From positions 7,852-71,851 of the forward strand of contig SVTR01000006.1 in assembly GCA_015063685.1 (NCBI GenBank): a stretch of DNA of 64,000 nt, in the 5' to 3' direction. The position numbers and the translations under genes are program-made. Origin of the DNA: Oscillospiraceae bacterium. GTDB taxonomy: Bacteria; Bacillota; Clostridia; Oscillospirales; CAG-272. Positions within the stretch are counted from its first letter, which is position 1, and each line of letters starts with the position of its first letter. Shown here piece after piece: positions 1 to 7,672 of the stretch. The notes beneath the pieces are model-generated. The model worked only from the letters and a program-made list of their open reading frames with translations. It was not told the DNA's origin and did not search any database.

Positions 1-358
1 CAACTTCCTCGATGACCGTGGCGATCTTTCCTTCCATGGCGCTGGCGTCTGTCTTTTCAATTTTGTGGTGTTTCTTCACAAACCGCTTGAGGACTGTCTT
101 GGCAAGCACCAAAAGGGTGATGGAAATGACCAGGCAGACAACGATCTGGATGACCGGATCCACACTCAGCACGGCCAGGATCATGCCCACCAGTGCTCCG
201 GGTGCAAAACAAATAGCACCCATATCGGCGGTCTGTGCCTCGACGATCAGTGACAGGATGAGCACCCCCAGCCAAGCCAGGGCAGGCCAGAGAATACCCA
301 TGTCAAAGCCTTCGTTTTCGGCGGCGTTAAGAAGAAGCATTACGTTGAAATTCATCAT
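1..358 (-). CDS. NfeD-family membrane protein (C-terminus runs off the window start)
   Basis: Reverse-strand ORF, absent from the track because it is open at the window edge. ATG at 358 follows a GAAAGGAGG RBS (rc of 367-375). Translation MMNFNVMLLLNAAENEGFDMGILWPALAWLGVLILSLIVE... shows hydrophobic helices, then ...KTDASAMEGKIATVIEEV, typical of the start of an NfeD OB-fold tail. Confidence 0.6.
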   Translation of the reverse strand, partial: MMNFNVMLLLNAAENEGFDMGILWPALAWLGVLILSLIVEAQTADMGAICFAPGALVGMILAVLSVDPVIQIVVCLVISITLLVLAKTVLKRFVKKHHKIEKTDASAMEGKIATVIEEV

Positions 359-661
359 TAAGAATCCTCCTTTCTTTCGTGCGATGCTCCTAAGACGTAA
401 AGCCAATGGCCTTTCACGTTCCTTTGATTAGATTATAGCACAAGTTCAAGTGATTGTCAATAGCAGATTCGAAATTATTTGAAAAAAAGATAAATTTTTT
501 CAGGTTATCGATGCCTTCGTGCATTGATGCTCAAAAATTGCCGTGAAAAAGAAAAAATGATAGATATAATTCATATGGAGTTCACGAATTTGGTCTATAA
601 TAACAACAAGTATATTTGTCCCTTGCGGACTGATAGCTATTTTTGAAAGGAGGATTTCAAC

Positions 662-904
662 ATGTTTTTCCAGAAGCCCAAGAAGAAGAACCATGCGCCC
701 ATGATCATTGCTATCGTGGTTGGCGTACTGGCTGCCGCCGCTACCGCTTTCATTCTTTTTGAGAAGGTTTTCAAGAAGAAGCTCTGCTGCAAGAAGGCTG
801 CTGAGGTTGAGGCCGCTACCGACGAGTGCGCTTGCGATTGTGAGTGCGACTGCGACGAGGCAGAAGAGGCTGTTTGCGAGTGCGAGGTTGTCGAAGAGGC
901 CTGA
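662..904 (+). CDS. small membrane-anchored Cys/Glu/Asp-rich protein (80 aa), function unknown
   Basis: ATG has an AAAGGAGG RBS 8 nt upstream. Basic N-terminus, one hydrophobic helix (MIIAIVVGVLAAAATAFILF), then KKKLCCKK and an acidic tail ECACDCECDCDEAEEAVCECEVVEEA. A hairpin terminator follows. Confidence 0.6.
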   Translation: MFFQKPKKKNHAPMIIAIVVGVLAAAATAFILFEKVFKKKLCCKKAAEVEAATDECACDCECDCDEAEEAVCECEVVEEA

Positions 905-929
905 TCGCTGAATCTTCTCTTTTGAAACG

Positions 930-972
930 AGAACACGGTTTGCCCGTAAGGACAGGCCGTGTTCTTGTTTTA
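930..972 (+). terminator. rho-independent terminator after the small Cys-rich ORF
   Basis: Stem AGAACACGG...CCGTGTTCT followed by TGTTTT. Confidence 0.6.
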
Positions 973-1043
973 CTATATTGACTTGAAGAAGGGTTTATGA
1001 TATAATGAAAACATATTCTGAGAAAATCAAAGGAGGCCATCCT

Positions 1044-1928
1044 ATGTTACTCTCCACACAGACTCATGTTATGGTTGCCCGCTTCGGCCTTTTTGAAGGT
1101 ATCCGTCTTCTCATGGACGCAGGATATCCTGCCTTGGATCTGACCATGTTTGCCAACAATGAGTATCTTTGGGATACGGATATGAAGCCAACCGCGCAAA
1201 AGCTTAGGGCCATGGCCGACGAGCGTGGCGTTGTGTTCAATCAGGCACATGCCCCCTTTGGCGGCGGCTATGATCATTATACCCAAAAGCTGCTCCCCCT
1301 CATGCCTCGTGTCTTTGAATTTGCATCCTATCTCGGGATAAAGCAGGTGGTGGTTCATCCTCTGCAAAAGGGACGGTATTACGGCCATGAAGCAGAGCTT
1401 TTTGAGATGAATCGCGAGTTCTACGCAAGCCTCGCTCCCCTCGCTGAAAATACCGGTGTGAGGGTCGCTATGGAGAATATGTGGCAAAATCACCCCGTCA
1501 CCCATCGCATTTGCGACGATGTGGCCGCGCCCCCCGAGGAGCTGGCCGCCTACTACGATGCCCAGAACCGCCCCGATCTGTTTACGGTTTGCCTTGATAT
1601 CGGCCACGTAGCCCTTTGTGGCCGTGAGCCTCAGGACGCCATCAGAACCATTGGTCATGACCGTCTGGGCGCACTCCACGTCCACGACGTCAGCTATATC
1701 AGCGATGATCACACCCTGCCCGGCATGGGGCGCATCAACTGGGAGGCCGTGCTGGAAGCTTTGGCCGACATCGACTATCAGGGCGAATTTACCTTTGAGG
1801 CGGATAGCTTTTTGACCCGCTTTGACAAGGACTTTTTACCCACCGCCGCCAAGTTTATGTGTGATTGCGGCAAGCATCTGGTGGGCCGCTTGGAGGCTAT
1901 TAATGCCCAAAAGAGAGGTCAGGCATGA
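1044..1928 (+). CDS. sugar phosphate isomerase/epimerase (xylose-isomerase-like TIM barrel)
   Basis: I chose the internal ATG at 1044 (AAAGGAGG 7 nt upstream) over the track start at 1005. The motif pattern HAPF...VVVHP...MENM...DIGH...HVHD is typical of the AP-endonuclease-2/TIM-barrel family. Confidence 0.7.
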   Translation: MLLSTQTHVMVARFGLFEGIRLLMDAGYPALDLTMFANNEYLWDTDMKPTAQKLRAMADERGVVFNQAHAPFGGGYDHYTQKLLPLMPRVFEFASYLGIKQVVVHPLQKGRYYGHEAELFEMNREFYASLAPLAENTGVRVAMENMWQNHPVTHRICDDVAAPPEELAAYYDAQNRPDLFTVCLDIGHVALCGREPQDAIRTIGHDRLGALHVHDVSYISDDHTLPGMGRINWEAVLEALADIDYQGEFTFEADSFLTRFDKDFLPTAAKFMCDCGKHLVGRLEAINAQKRGQA

Positions 1929-2437
1929 ACAAAAATCTGACCATTCGCAAGGCCACCTATGCCGATCTTCCTGTACTTATGGCGATTTATGACCACGCCC
2001 GCGCCTATATGCGGGAGAATGGCAACATGGAGCAATGGAACGGTGGCTATCCCGGTATGCCGGTCATCGAGGAGGATATTTCCCTCGGCCGCTGTCACAT
2101 CTGCCTGGATGGGGGCGAGATCGCGGGGGTGTTCTGCTTCTTCAAGGGCAACGACCCCACCTACGCCCAAATTTACGACGGCGCGTGGCTGAATGATCAG
2201 CCCTACGGGGTCATCCACCGCATCGCCGTGGCAAAACACGGGGCAGGGGTGGCTTCCTTCTGCTTCGACTATGCTTTTGCCACCTGCGGCAACGTCAAGA
2301 TCGACACCCACAGGGACAACATCCCCATGCAGAACGCCCTCCGAAAGAATGGCTTTATCCGTTGTGGAATCATTTATCTGCAAAACGGAGATCCCCGTAT
2401 CGCCTACCAAAAAAGCCTTGGCGCGGAAGGGAAGTGA
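1925..2437 (+). CDS. GNAT family N-acetyltransferase
   Basis: ATGA start/stop overlap with the upstream gene. The sequence (IRKATYADLPVLMAIYDHARAYM..., YGVIHRIAV...GAGVASF) fits the small GNAT fold. Confidence 0.75.
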   Translation: MNKNLTIRKATYADLPVLMAIYDHARAYMRENGNMEQWNGGYPGMPVIEEDISLGRCHICLDGGEIAGVFCFFKGNDPTYAQIYDGAWLNDQPYGVIHRIAVAKHGAGVASFCFDYAFATCGNVKIDTHRDNIPMQNALRKNGFIRCGIIYLQNGDPRIAYQKSLGAEGK

Positions 2438-2441
2438 AGCT

Positions 2442-3122
2442 ATGACAGCACCTATCCGCGAGCCGGTGATCCTATGCGAGGACAAGCACCTGCTCCTGGT
2501 CTCCAAGCCTCAGGGGATGCCCTCACAGCCCGACCCGTCGGGGCAGGCAAGTCTGCTGACATATTTGGCTGAAAGATACCCCCAAGCGGGCTTGGTTCAC
2601 CGTCTGGATACCCCTACGGGCGGGGTTATGGTCTTTGCCAGGACCCCAGCCATGACGGGAAAGCTGGCGGCCTTGTTTGGTGACCATGAGTGCTATGAGA
2701 AGATCTATCTGGCCGTCTTATCAGCCCCGCCTGCCGAGGCTCACGGGGTCTTGGAGGACTATCTCTACCACGACAAGCGGCAAAATAAAGCCTTCGTGGT
2801 GACCCCAGCCGCCGACGGTACCCTCCGCAAGGGAGCCAAGGCCGCCAAGCTGACCTACGAGGTGCTGGAGACCCTGCCCGACGGCCTGACCCTGGTGAGG
2901 ATCAAGCTTCACACGGGGCGCACCCACCAGATCCGTATCCAGTTTGCCTCCCGCGGCTGTCCCGTGGCAGGGGATGGCAAGTACGGTAGCCGTGTCAAAT
3001 GCTCCTTCATCGCCCTGTGGTCGCATCGTCTGACCTTTGTTCACCCCGTGACGGGGAAGACGGTCAGCGCGGAGTCCACGCCGCCTGCGGACGTTGAGCC
3101 GTGGGGGAGGTTTGGGGGATAA
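2442..3122 (+). CDS. RluA-family pseudouridine synthase
   Basis: In-frame ATG at 2442. Contains LLLVSKPQGMPSQP and the catalytic HRLDTPTGGVMVFA motif, plus HTGRTHQIRIQF. Confidence 0.85.
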   Translation: MTAPIREPVILCEDKHLLLVSKPQGMPSQPDPSGQASLLTYLAERYPQAGLVHRLDTPTGGVMVFARTPAMTGKLAALFGDHECYEKIYLAVLSAPPAEAHGVLEDYLYHDKRQNKAFVVTPAADGTLRKGAKAAKLTYEVLETLPDGLTLVRIKLHTGRTHQIRIQFASRGCPVAGDGKYGSRVKCSFIALWSHRLTFVHPVTGKTVSAESTPPADVEPWGRFGG

Positions 3123-3322
3123 ATTGTTGTTTATGGGCGTTTACTGACCAACGAGGTCATCCTGAGCAAGGCCGCTGGCCGCGCCGAAGGATCTCTTTAT
3201 ACCTGTAAAAAACCATTGTCATAAAAAGGTTTTGCTTCCTGTGGGATCCTTCGACTCGGGCATCGCCCTCGCTCAGGATGACTGTCTCAAGGCGGGGCAC
3301 AACAACGCTAAACAACAATTTA
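3120..3322. mobile_element. MITE/BIME-like intergenic element, copy A (TAAATTGTTGTTTA ... TAAACAACAATTTA termini)
   Basis: Left terminus is 3120-3134; its TAA is the stop codon of the upstream gene. Right terminus is GCTAAACAACAATTTA at 3307-3322. Inside is an inverted pair of the 40-bp GTCATCCTGAGC...GAAGGATC module (3156-3195 forward, 3244-3282 reverse). Confidence 0.6.
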
Positions 3323-3345
3323 ATTCCCCAAGAAAGGAGAGAACC

Positions 3346-3996
3346 ATGACACGATCTTTAGAACAATATATTTCCGATTACCTTGGGGACTCCAGCTTTA
3401 CTCCTGAAGAGGTCTATGAGCTGGAAATCGGCGGCGTCCGCGTCCACGTAGAATCCTTCGAATACGACGGCGAGCCTTGGTGCAAGGAAAAAGCCCTTGT
3501 CACCATGAAAAAAGACAGCCTGACTTATGAATATACCGCTGTTGATGACCATAACTGGGAGAAACCCTTCTATCCCGTGACCATAAGTGGCACCGACTAC
3601 CTCTGCTTCCGCAAGACCCTCTACGGCTTCACTCTCCTGAACACCGAAACCTTTGAAGACTTTGACTTTTTCCCCGAAAAGGTGCTGAGCGGCGAGGAAT
3701 CTTATATCATCTCGGATGCCGTATCCTTTAAAAATTTGATCGTTTTTGACGGCTGCTATTGGGGGGCGCCCTACGTTTTTTGTATCTACGACCACCAAAG
3801 CAAGCGCATCCTTGATCTATACGAGACCTTGGGGCTGTATTCCCATGGTGACCTACCGAATGCGTCGATTTTCGGAAACGCGCTTGTGCTGAAATGCGAG
3901 AACCAAGGCTTTGAGCCTGCGACATTGACCCTCACTTACGAAGAACTAACACATTTGTTAAACGAAAAAGGCAAGTCCATATATAGCGATTTTTAG
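3346..3996 (+). CDS. hypothetical protein (216 aa)
   Basis: ATG at 3346 has an AAAGGAGAG RBS. Coding-like composition; I recognise no motif. Confidence 0.55.
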   Translation: MTRSLEQYISDYLGDSSFTPEEVYELEIGGVRVHVESFEYDGEPWCKEKALVTMKKDSLTYEYTAVDDHNWEKPFYPVTISGTDYLCFRKTLYGFTLLNTETFEDFDFFPEKVLSGEESYIISDAVSFKNLIVFDGCYWGAPYVFCIYDHQSKRILDLYETLGLYSHGDLPNASIFGNALVLKCENQGFEPATLTLTYEELTHLLNEKGKSIYSDF

Positions 3997-4014
3997 CAAG
4001 AAAGGAGCATTTCC

Positions 4015-5343
4015 ATGCCATTTCCCAAGAACTTTATCTTCGGCACCGCCACCAGCGCGGGACAGATCGAAGGCGCCGCCCGCGAGGACGGCCGCACCCC
4101 CTCCATCTGGGATATTTTTGCAGAAACCCCGGGCAAGACCTTTGGCGGCGAGACCCCTGCCGTGGCCTGCGACAGCTACCACCGCTTTTTTGATCGAGAT
4201 CTACCCAGCCTTAAGGCTCTGGGCGTGGATTCCTATCGCCTGTCCATCTCTTGGTCCCGCGTCATGCCCGAGGGTGTCGGCCCTCTGAACCCCAAGGGCG
4301 TGGACTACTACCGCCGTGTCTTTGAGGCTTTGCTGGAAAATGACATCATCCCCAACGTGACCCTCTACCATTGGGATCTTCCCCAGGTTTTGGAGGAAAA
4401 GGGCGGCTGGCGCAACCGAGATTCCATCGAGTGGTTCGGTGAGTACGCCGATAAGATGTTTACCGCCTACGGTGACATCGTCCCCATGTGGTCTACCGTC
4501 AACGAGCCCATCGCCACCTATGTCGGCTACGCCCACGGCGGCTTTGCCCCGGGACACACCAACGAGGCGTGGGGAAACCAGGCGAGACATAACATCCTGG
4601 TGGCTCACGGCAAAGGCGTGGAGGCTTTTCGAGCCCATAATCTGAAGTCTCAGATCGGTGTGGTCATCGACATCTGGAAGCGTCACGCCCTGACGAACTT
4701 CCCCGAGGATATTGCCCTCATGATCGACCAGGACGAGCGCAACTGGAAGTTCTACTGCGACCCCATCCTGGCAGGGAGGTACAGCGACTACATCCTTGAG
4801 CATCTTGAAAAAGAAGGTACCCTCATGGAGATGCACCCCCACGACTTTGAGCTGACGAGCCAGCCGCTGGATTACTTCGGCCTCAACGTCTACAACCGCG
4901 TCCCCGTTACCGTCAACCAGCAAGCGCAGATGGACTTCTCCCAAGGTGGAAACTTCCTCAACAACCGCACCGAGTATTACCCCAAGGCGGTCTACGATGC
5001 CATCCACCTGCTCCACGATCTCTACGATATCAAGATCCCCATCTACGTTACCGAAAACGGCACCTATTTTGAGGGTACCGAGCCTGTGGCCGCCGACGGT
5101 ATGGTGCATGACGACGACCGCATCCGTTACGTCAGCGGTTTCCTCGAGTGGCTGGAAAAGGCCATCGACGAGGGCTTTGACGTCCGCGGCTACTATCTTT
5201 GGAGCCTCATGGACAACTTCGAGTGGTCCGCGGCCTCCAATTTCAAGTTTGGCATCGCCACCACAGATTTCGCCACGGGCGAGACCAAGTGGAAAAAGAG
5301 CGCGTATTTCTACCGCGACTTTATCAAAAAGATGAAAGCGTAA
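4015..5343 (+). CDS. GH1 beta-glucosidase / 6-phospho-beta-glucosidase
   Basis: FIFGTATSAGQIEGA near the N-terminus, TLYHWDLPQ, acid/base NEP (TVNEP) and nucleophile motif YVTENG. Confidence 0.9.
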   Translation: MPFPKNFIFGTATSAGQIEGAAREDGRTPSIWDIFAETPGKTFGGETPAVACDSYHRFFDRDLPSLKALGVDSYRLSISWSRVMPEGVGPLNPKGVDYYRRVFEALLENDIIPNVTLYHWDLPQVLEEKGGWRNRDSIEWFGEYADKMFTAYGDIVPMWSTVNEPIATYVGYAHGGFAPGHTNEAWGNQARHNILVAHGKGVEAFRAHNLKSQIGVVIDIWKRHALTNFPEDIALMIDQDERNWKFYCDPILAGRYSDYILEHLEKEGTLMEMHPHDFELTSQPLDYFGLNVYNRVPVTVNQQAQMDFSQGGNFLNNRTEYYPKAVYDAIHLLHDLYDIKIPIYVTENGTYFEGTEPVAADGMVHDDDRIRYVSGFLEWLEKAIDEGFDVRGYYLWSLMDNFEWSAASNFKFGIATTDFATGETKWKKSAYFYRDFIKKMKA

Positions 5344-5542
5344 ATTGTTGTTTAGTATAGTTTCGCCCCACCTTGAAATAGTCATCCTGAGCGAGGGCGA
5401 CGCCCGAGTCGAAGGATCTCGTGATAAACGAAAGTCCTTTTATGATCATGGTTTGGAGAGGCAGAAGGAGATCCTTCGGCGCGGCCAGCGGCCTTGCTCA
5501 GGATGACAGCGCGCGCCGGTCGCCACGCTAAACAACATTTTA
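5341..5542. mobile_element. MITE/BIME-like intergenic element, copy B (same element as copy A, opposite orientation)
   Basis: Termini at 5341-5355 (its TAA is the GH1 stop codon) and 5527-5542. The 40-bp modules are at 5381-5420 (forward) and 5468-5507 (reverse). The order of the two module variants and the central segment is the reverse complement of copy A. Confidence 0.6.
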
Positions 5543-5561
5543 CCACACAAAGGAGAACACC

Positions 5562-6263
5562 ATGCCCACCTTCACCCTTGCATCCTTCAATATCTGCTCG
5601 GCTCACTTCAAGGAAGGGAAGTATACAGACGAAAACCTCCGCCTGGTGGCCGAGAAGATCACCGAAAGCCGTGCCCACGTTATCGCCCTCCAGGAGGTAG
5701 ATAGGGGCGCGTCCCGCTCCAACGGCGTGGATATGCCCACCCGTCTGTCTGAGCTGACGGGTATCCCCTACCACTATTTCATCAAGATCCGCGACTTCCA
5801 GGGCGGACAGTACGGCACCGCCATTTTGTCGAAATACCCCATCACCGCCGCCGAGACCCTGAATTTCCCCGTGAAGATCGCCACCCAGGGCACCTCCTGC
5901 GGCTACTGCGTGCTGGATGTGGACGGCACCCTCGTCACGGTTTATAACACCCATCTGTCCATTGAAAGCGAGGAGGCCAACACCGAGTGCCTCTCCTGCC
6001 TTGGGGATATTCTGAAGGCTCACGCCGACACCCACGGCGCGTTCCTGTGTTGCGGCGACTTCAACACCTCCCCCGAGAAGGTCAAAACCTACATCCCCTG
6101 GGTCACCCTTGCCCATAACGGCCTCCATACCTACGCCGACCGCTCCATCGACCACATCCTGTCCATTGCGCCCATCAAGACCCAAAACACCCGCACCATG
6201 GATACCCAGTACGACGGAACTACGGATCATGATATGGTGGTGACAGAGGTGACGGTGTCTTAA
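5562..6263 (+). CDS. endonuclease/exonuclease/phosphatase (EEP) family protein
   Basis: LASFNI... near the N-terminus, ALQEVD, GDFN, and C-terminal DHDMV, which are typical EEP motifs. AAAGGAGAA RBS. Confidence 0.8.
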   Translation: MPTFTLASFNICSAHFKEGKYTDENLRLVAEKITESRAHVIALQEVDRGASRSNGVDMPTRLSELTGIPYHYFIKIRDFQGGQYGTAILSKYPITAAETLNFPVKIATQGTSCGYCVLDVDGTLVTVYNTHLSIESEEANTECLSCLGDILKAHADTHGAFLCCGDFNTSPEKVKTYIPWVTLAHNGLHTYADRSIDHILSIAPIKTQNTRTMDTQYDGTTDHDMVVTEVTVS

Positions 6264-6381
6264 ACTCCACGTTCCGTGGATGTTTTCTTTCGAATGAGTT
6301 GCTTTACTCCTTGACTTTTTTCTGGTATGATATGGTCACGGTACCGTAATACTTTAGACAATACAAAAAGGAGAAGCCTAT

Positions 6382-7297
6382 ATGAATAAACCAACCGTAG
6401 GTCAGAATATTCGTCGTTTTCGCAAGGAAAAGAATATGACCCAAAGCGAGCTTGCCGAGCTTCTCGGCGTGTCTATACAAGCCATTTCTAAATGGGAGAC
6501 GGATGCGGGAATGCCGGATATTTCCCAAATTGTTCCCTTGGCGCGTGTACTTGAGGTGTCAACAGACAACCTTTTGGGGATGGAGGATGCGGAACAGGAG
6601 GCTGCTTTTGAGGAATTGAAGAGTCTGATTGGTCGATCTGTTCCGCACATATTACGTTTTGTCACGCTTTTATAAAAGCTTGGGAGAGCCTGCAAAGGCC
6701 GAAGAATTTACGGGACAGATTCCTGAAATATTTGGTGATCGTACTTATTTTGAAGCCGAAGTCGCTATGGCTGACGGAGATTACGAAACTGCCCTTCAAA
6801 AATGCCGAGAGAGCTTTTCAACCAAAGCAAGGTTTATGGCAAGGCTCATTCGAATGGCGGCGCAGATTCATTGTGCATGGGATGGAGGCCGTAATGAGCG
6901 CACTGTGGTATATAACGAATATATGCTCAATATGCTTAACGCCTTCCTCTCCTGTAGTGATTTTATCCCCATGCGCCAGGTGTTCCAAAAGGATTCTCTG
7001 TTGTACGGCATGATCACAGAATATTTGACGCTCGACAGAGCGGATGATGCATTTACAGCCATGGAAGAATTGTTTGCTCTGCGTGAGGAATGTATCAAGT
7101 TTTTGGCTGTACCCCAGGAAACGTCCTGTCTTATGCTTATTGATATGCCCTGCGATGACGGTCGTGACGGCTATTGCATTCAGCATATTGAAAAGTATAT
7201 TCAAAGGTGCCTGGATGCGCTGACACAATCTCCCCTGACGGCTCATGACCCGCGCTTGCAGGAGATGAAAGAACGCTTTGCGAGCTTCAAAAGCTGA
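6382..7297 (+). pseudogene. XRE-family HTH regulator with helical-repeat C-terminal region, apparently frameshifted
   Basis: ORF 6382-6675 encodes the HTH (NIRRFRKEKNMTQSELAELLGVSIQAISKWE). The helical-repeat part continues in another frame (6629-7297, ...YYVLSRFYKSLGEPAKAEEF...). An intact paralog lies at 7673-8779. This could also be two genes or an assembly error. Confidence 0.5.
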
Positions 7298-7372
7298 CGG
7301 TGCTATAACATCTTTTTAAAGAATCTTTTTCGTTTCTCCGCCTGATTCTCCCCCTTGAATTCAGGCAAAAAC

Positions 7373-7414
7373 AAGCGGTACTGATAAAATTTCAGTACCG
7401 CTTAACTTTTTCTT
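7373..7414 (+). terminator. rho-independent terminator
   Basis: Stem AAGCGGTACTGA / TCAGTACCGCTT followed by AACTTTTTCTT. Confidence 0.7.
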
Positions 7415-7427
7415 GAGGAACATTCTC

Positions 7428-7455
7428 TTTACAAATCCCCGAGATGTGGTATAAT
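7428..7455 (+). promoter_or_regulatory. sigma-70-type promoter candidate upstream of element C and the XRE regulator
   Basis: TTTACA, 16-nt spacer, TATAAT preceded by TGG (extended -10). Confidence 0.45.
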
Positions 7456-7493
7456 GAAGGTACAAAAGCGCTTTTGATGAGAATAGAGAATAA

Positions 7494-7651
7494 AAAATTG
7501 TTCTTTGCGTGGGCTTACTATGAACCCGTAGGGGCGAACTGCGTTCGCCCGCCGTTCCCCAAAAAACTTTGCTTATCAATATACTTTTATTACGGGCGAA
7601 CACAGTTCGCCCCTACGACCACGTTGGTCAGAAATCCGCAAACAACAATTT
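7494..7651. mobile_element. intergenic element copy C (degenerate left terminus, GTAGGGGCGAAC-hairpin cargo)
   Basis: Left AAATTGTTCTTTG (7495-7507) and right GCAAACAACAATTT (7638-7651). The cargo is an inverted pair GTAGGGGCGAACTGCGTTCGCCC (7528-7550) / GGGCGAACACAGTTCGCCCCTAC (7594-7616). Confidence 0.5.
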
Positions 7652-7672
7652 CCCTCACGAAAGGAGATTCAC

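Noticed and set aside
12-431. Plus-strand 139-aa ORF at the window start.
   Set aside because: It has no RBS and its translation is not protein-like. The reverse strand encodes a convincing NfeD-type membrane protein with a strong RBS at 367-375.
2193-2441. N-terminal extensions suggested by the ORF track for many genes (e.g. 2193, 3232, 9867, 10606, 15003, 19268, 24576, 26131, 29813, 35780, 44747, 48352, 52837, 55084).
   Set aside because: In each case an internal start with a GGAGG-type RBS coincides with the conserved N-terminus of the family. The extensions overlap upstream genes or repeat elements.
3196-3243. Apparent remnant of the GIY-YIG start codon region (TTTTATGTCTAT) in the centres of elements A and B.
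   Set aside because: Only about 10 of 12 nt match in AT-rich sequence and the flanking bases do not align. I kept it only as a weak remark, not as evidence.
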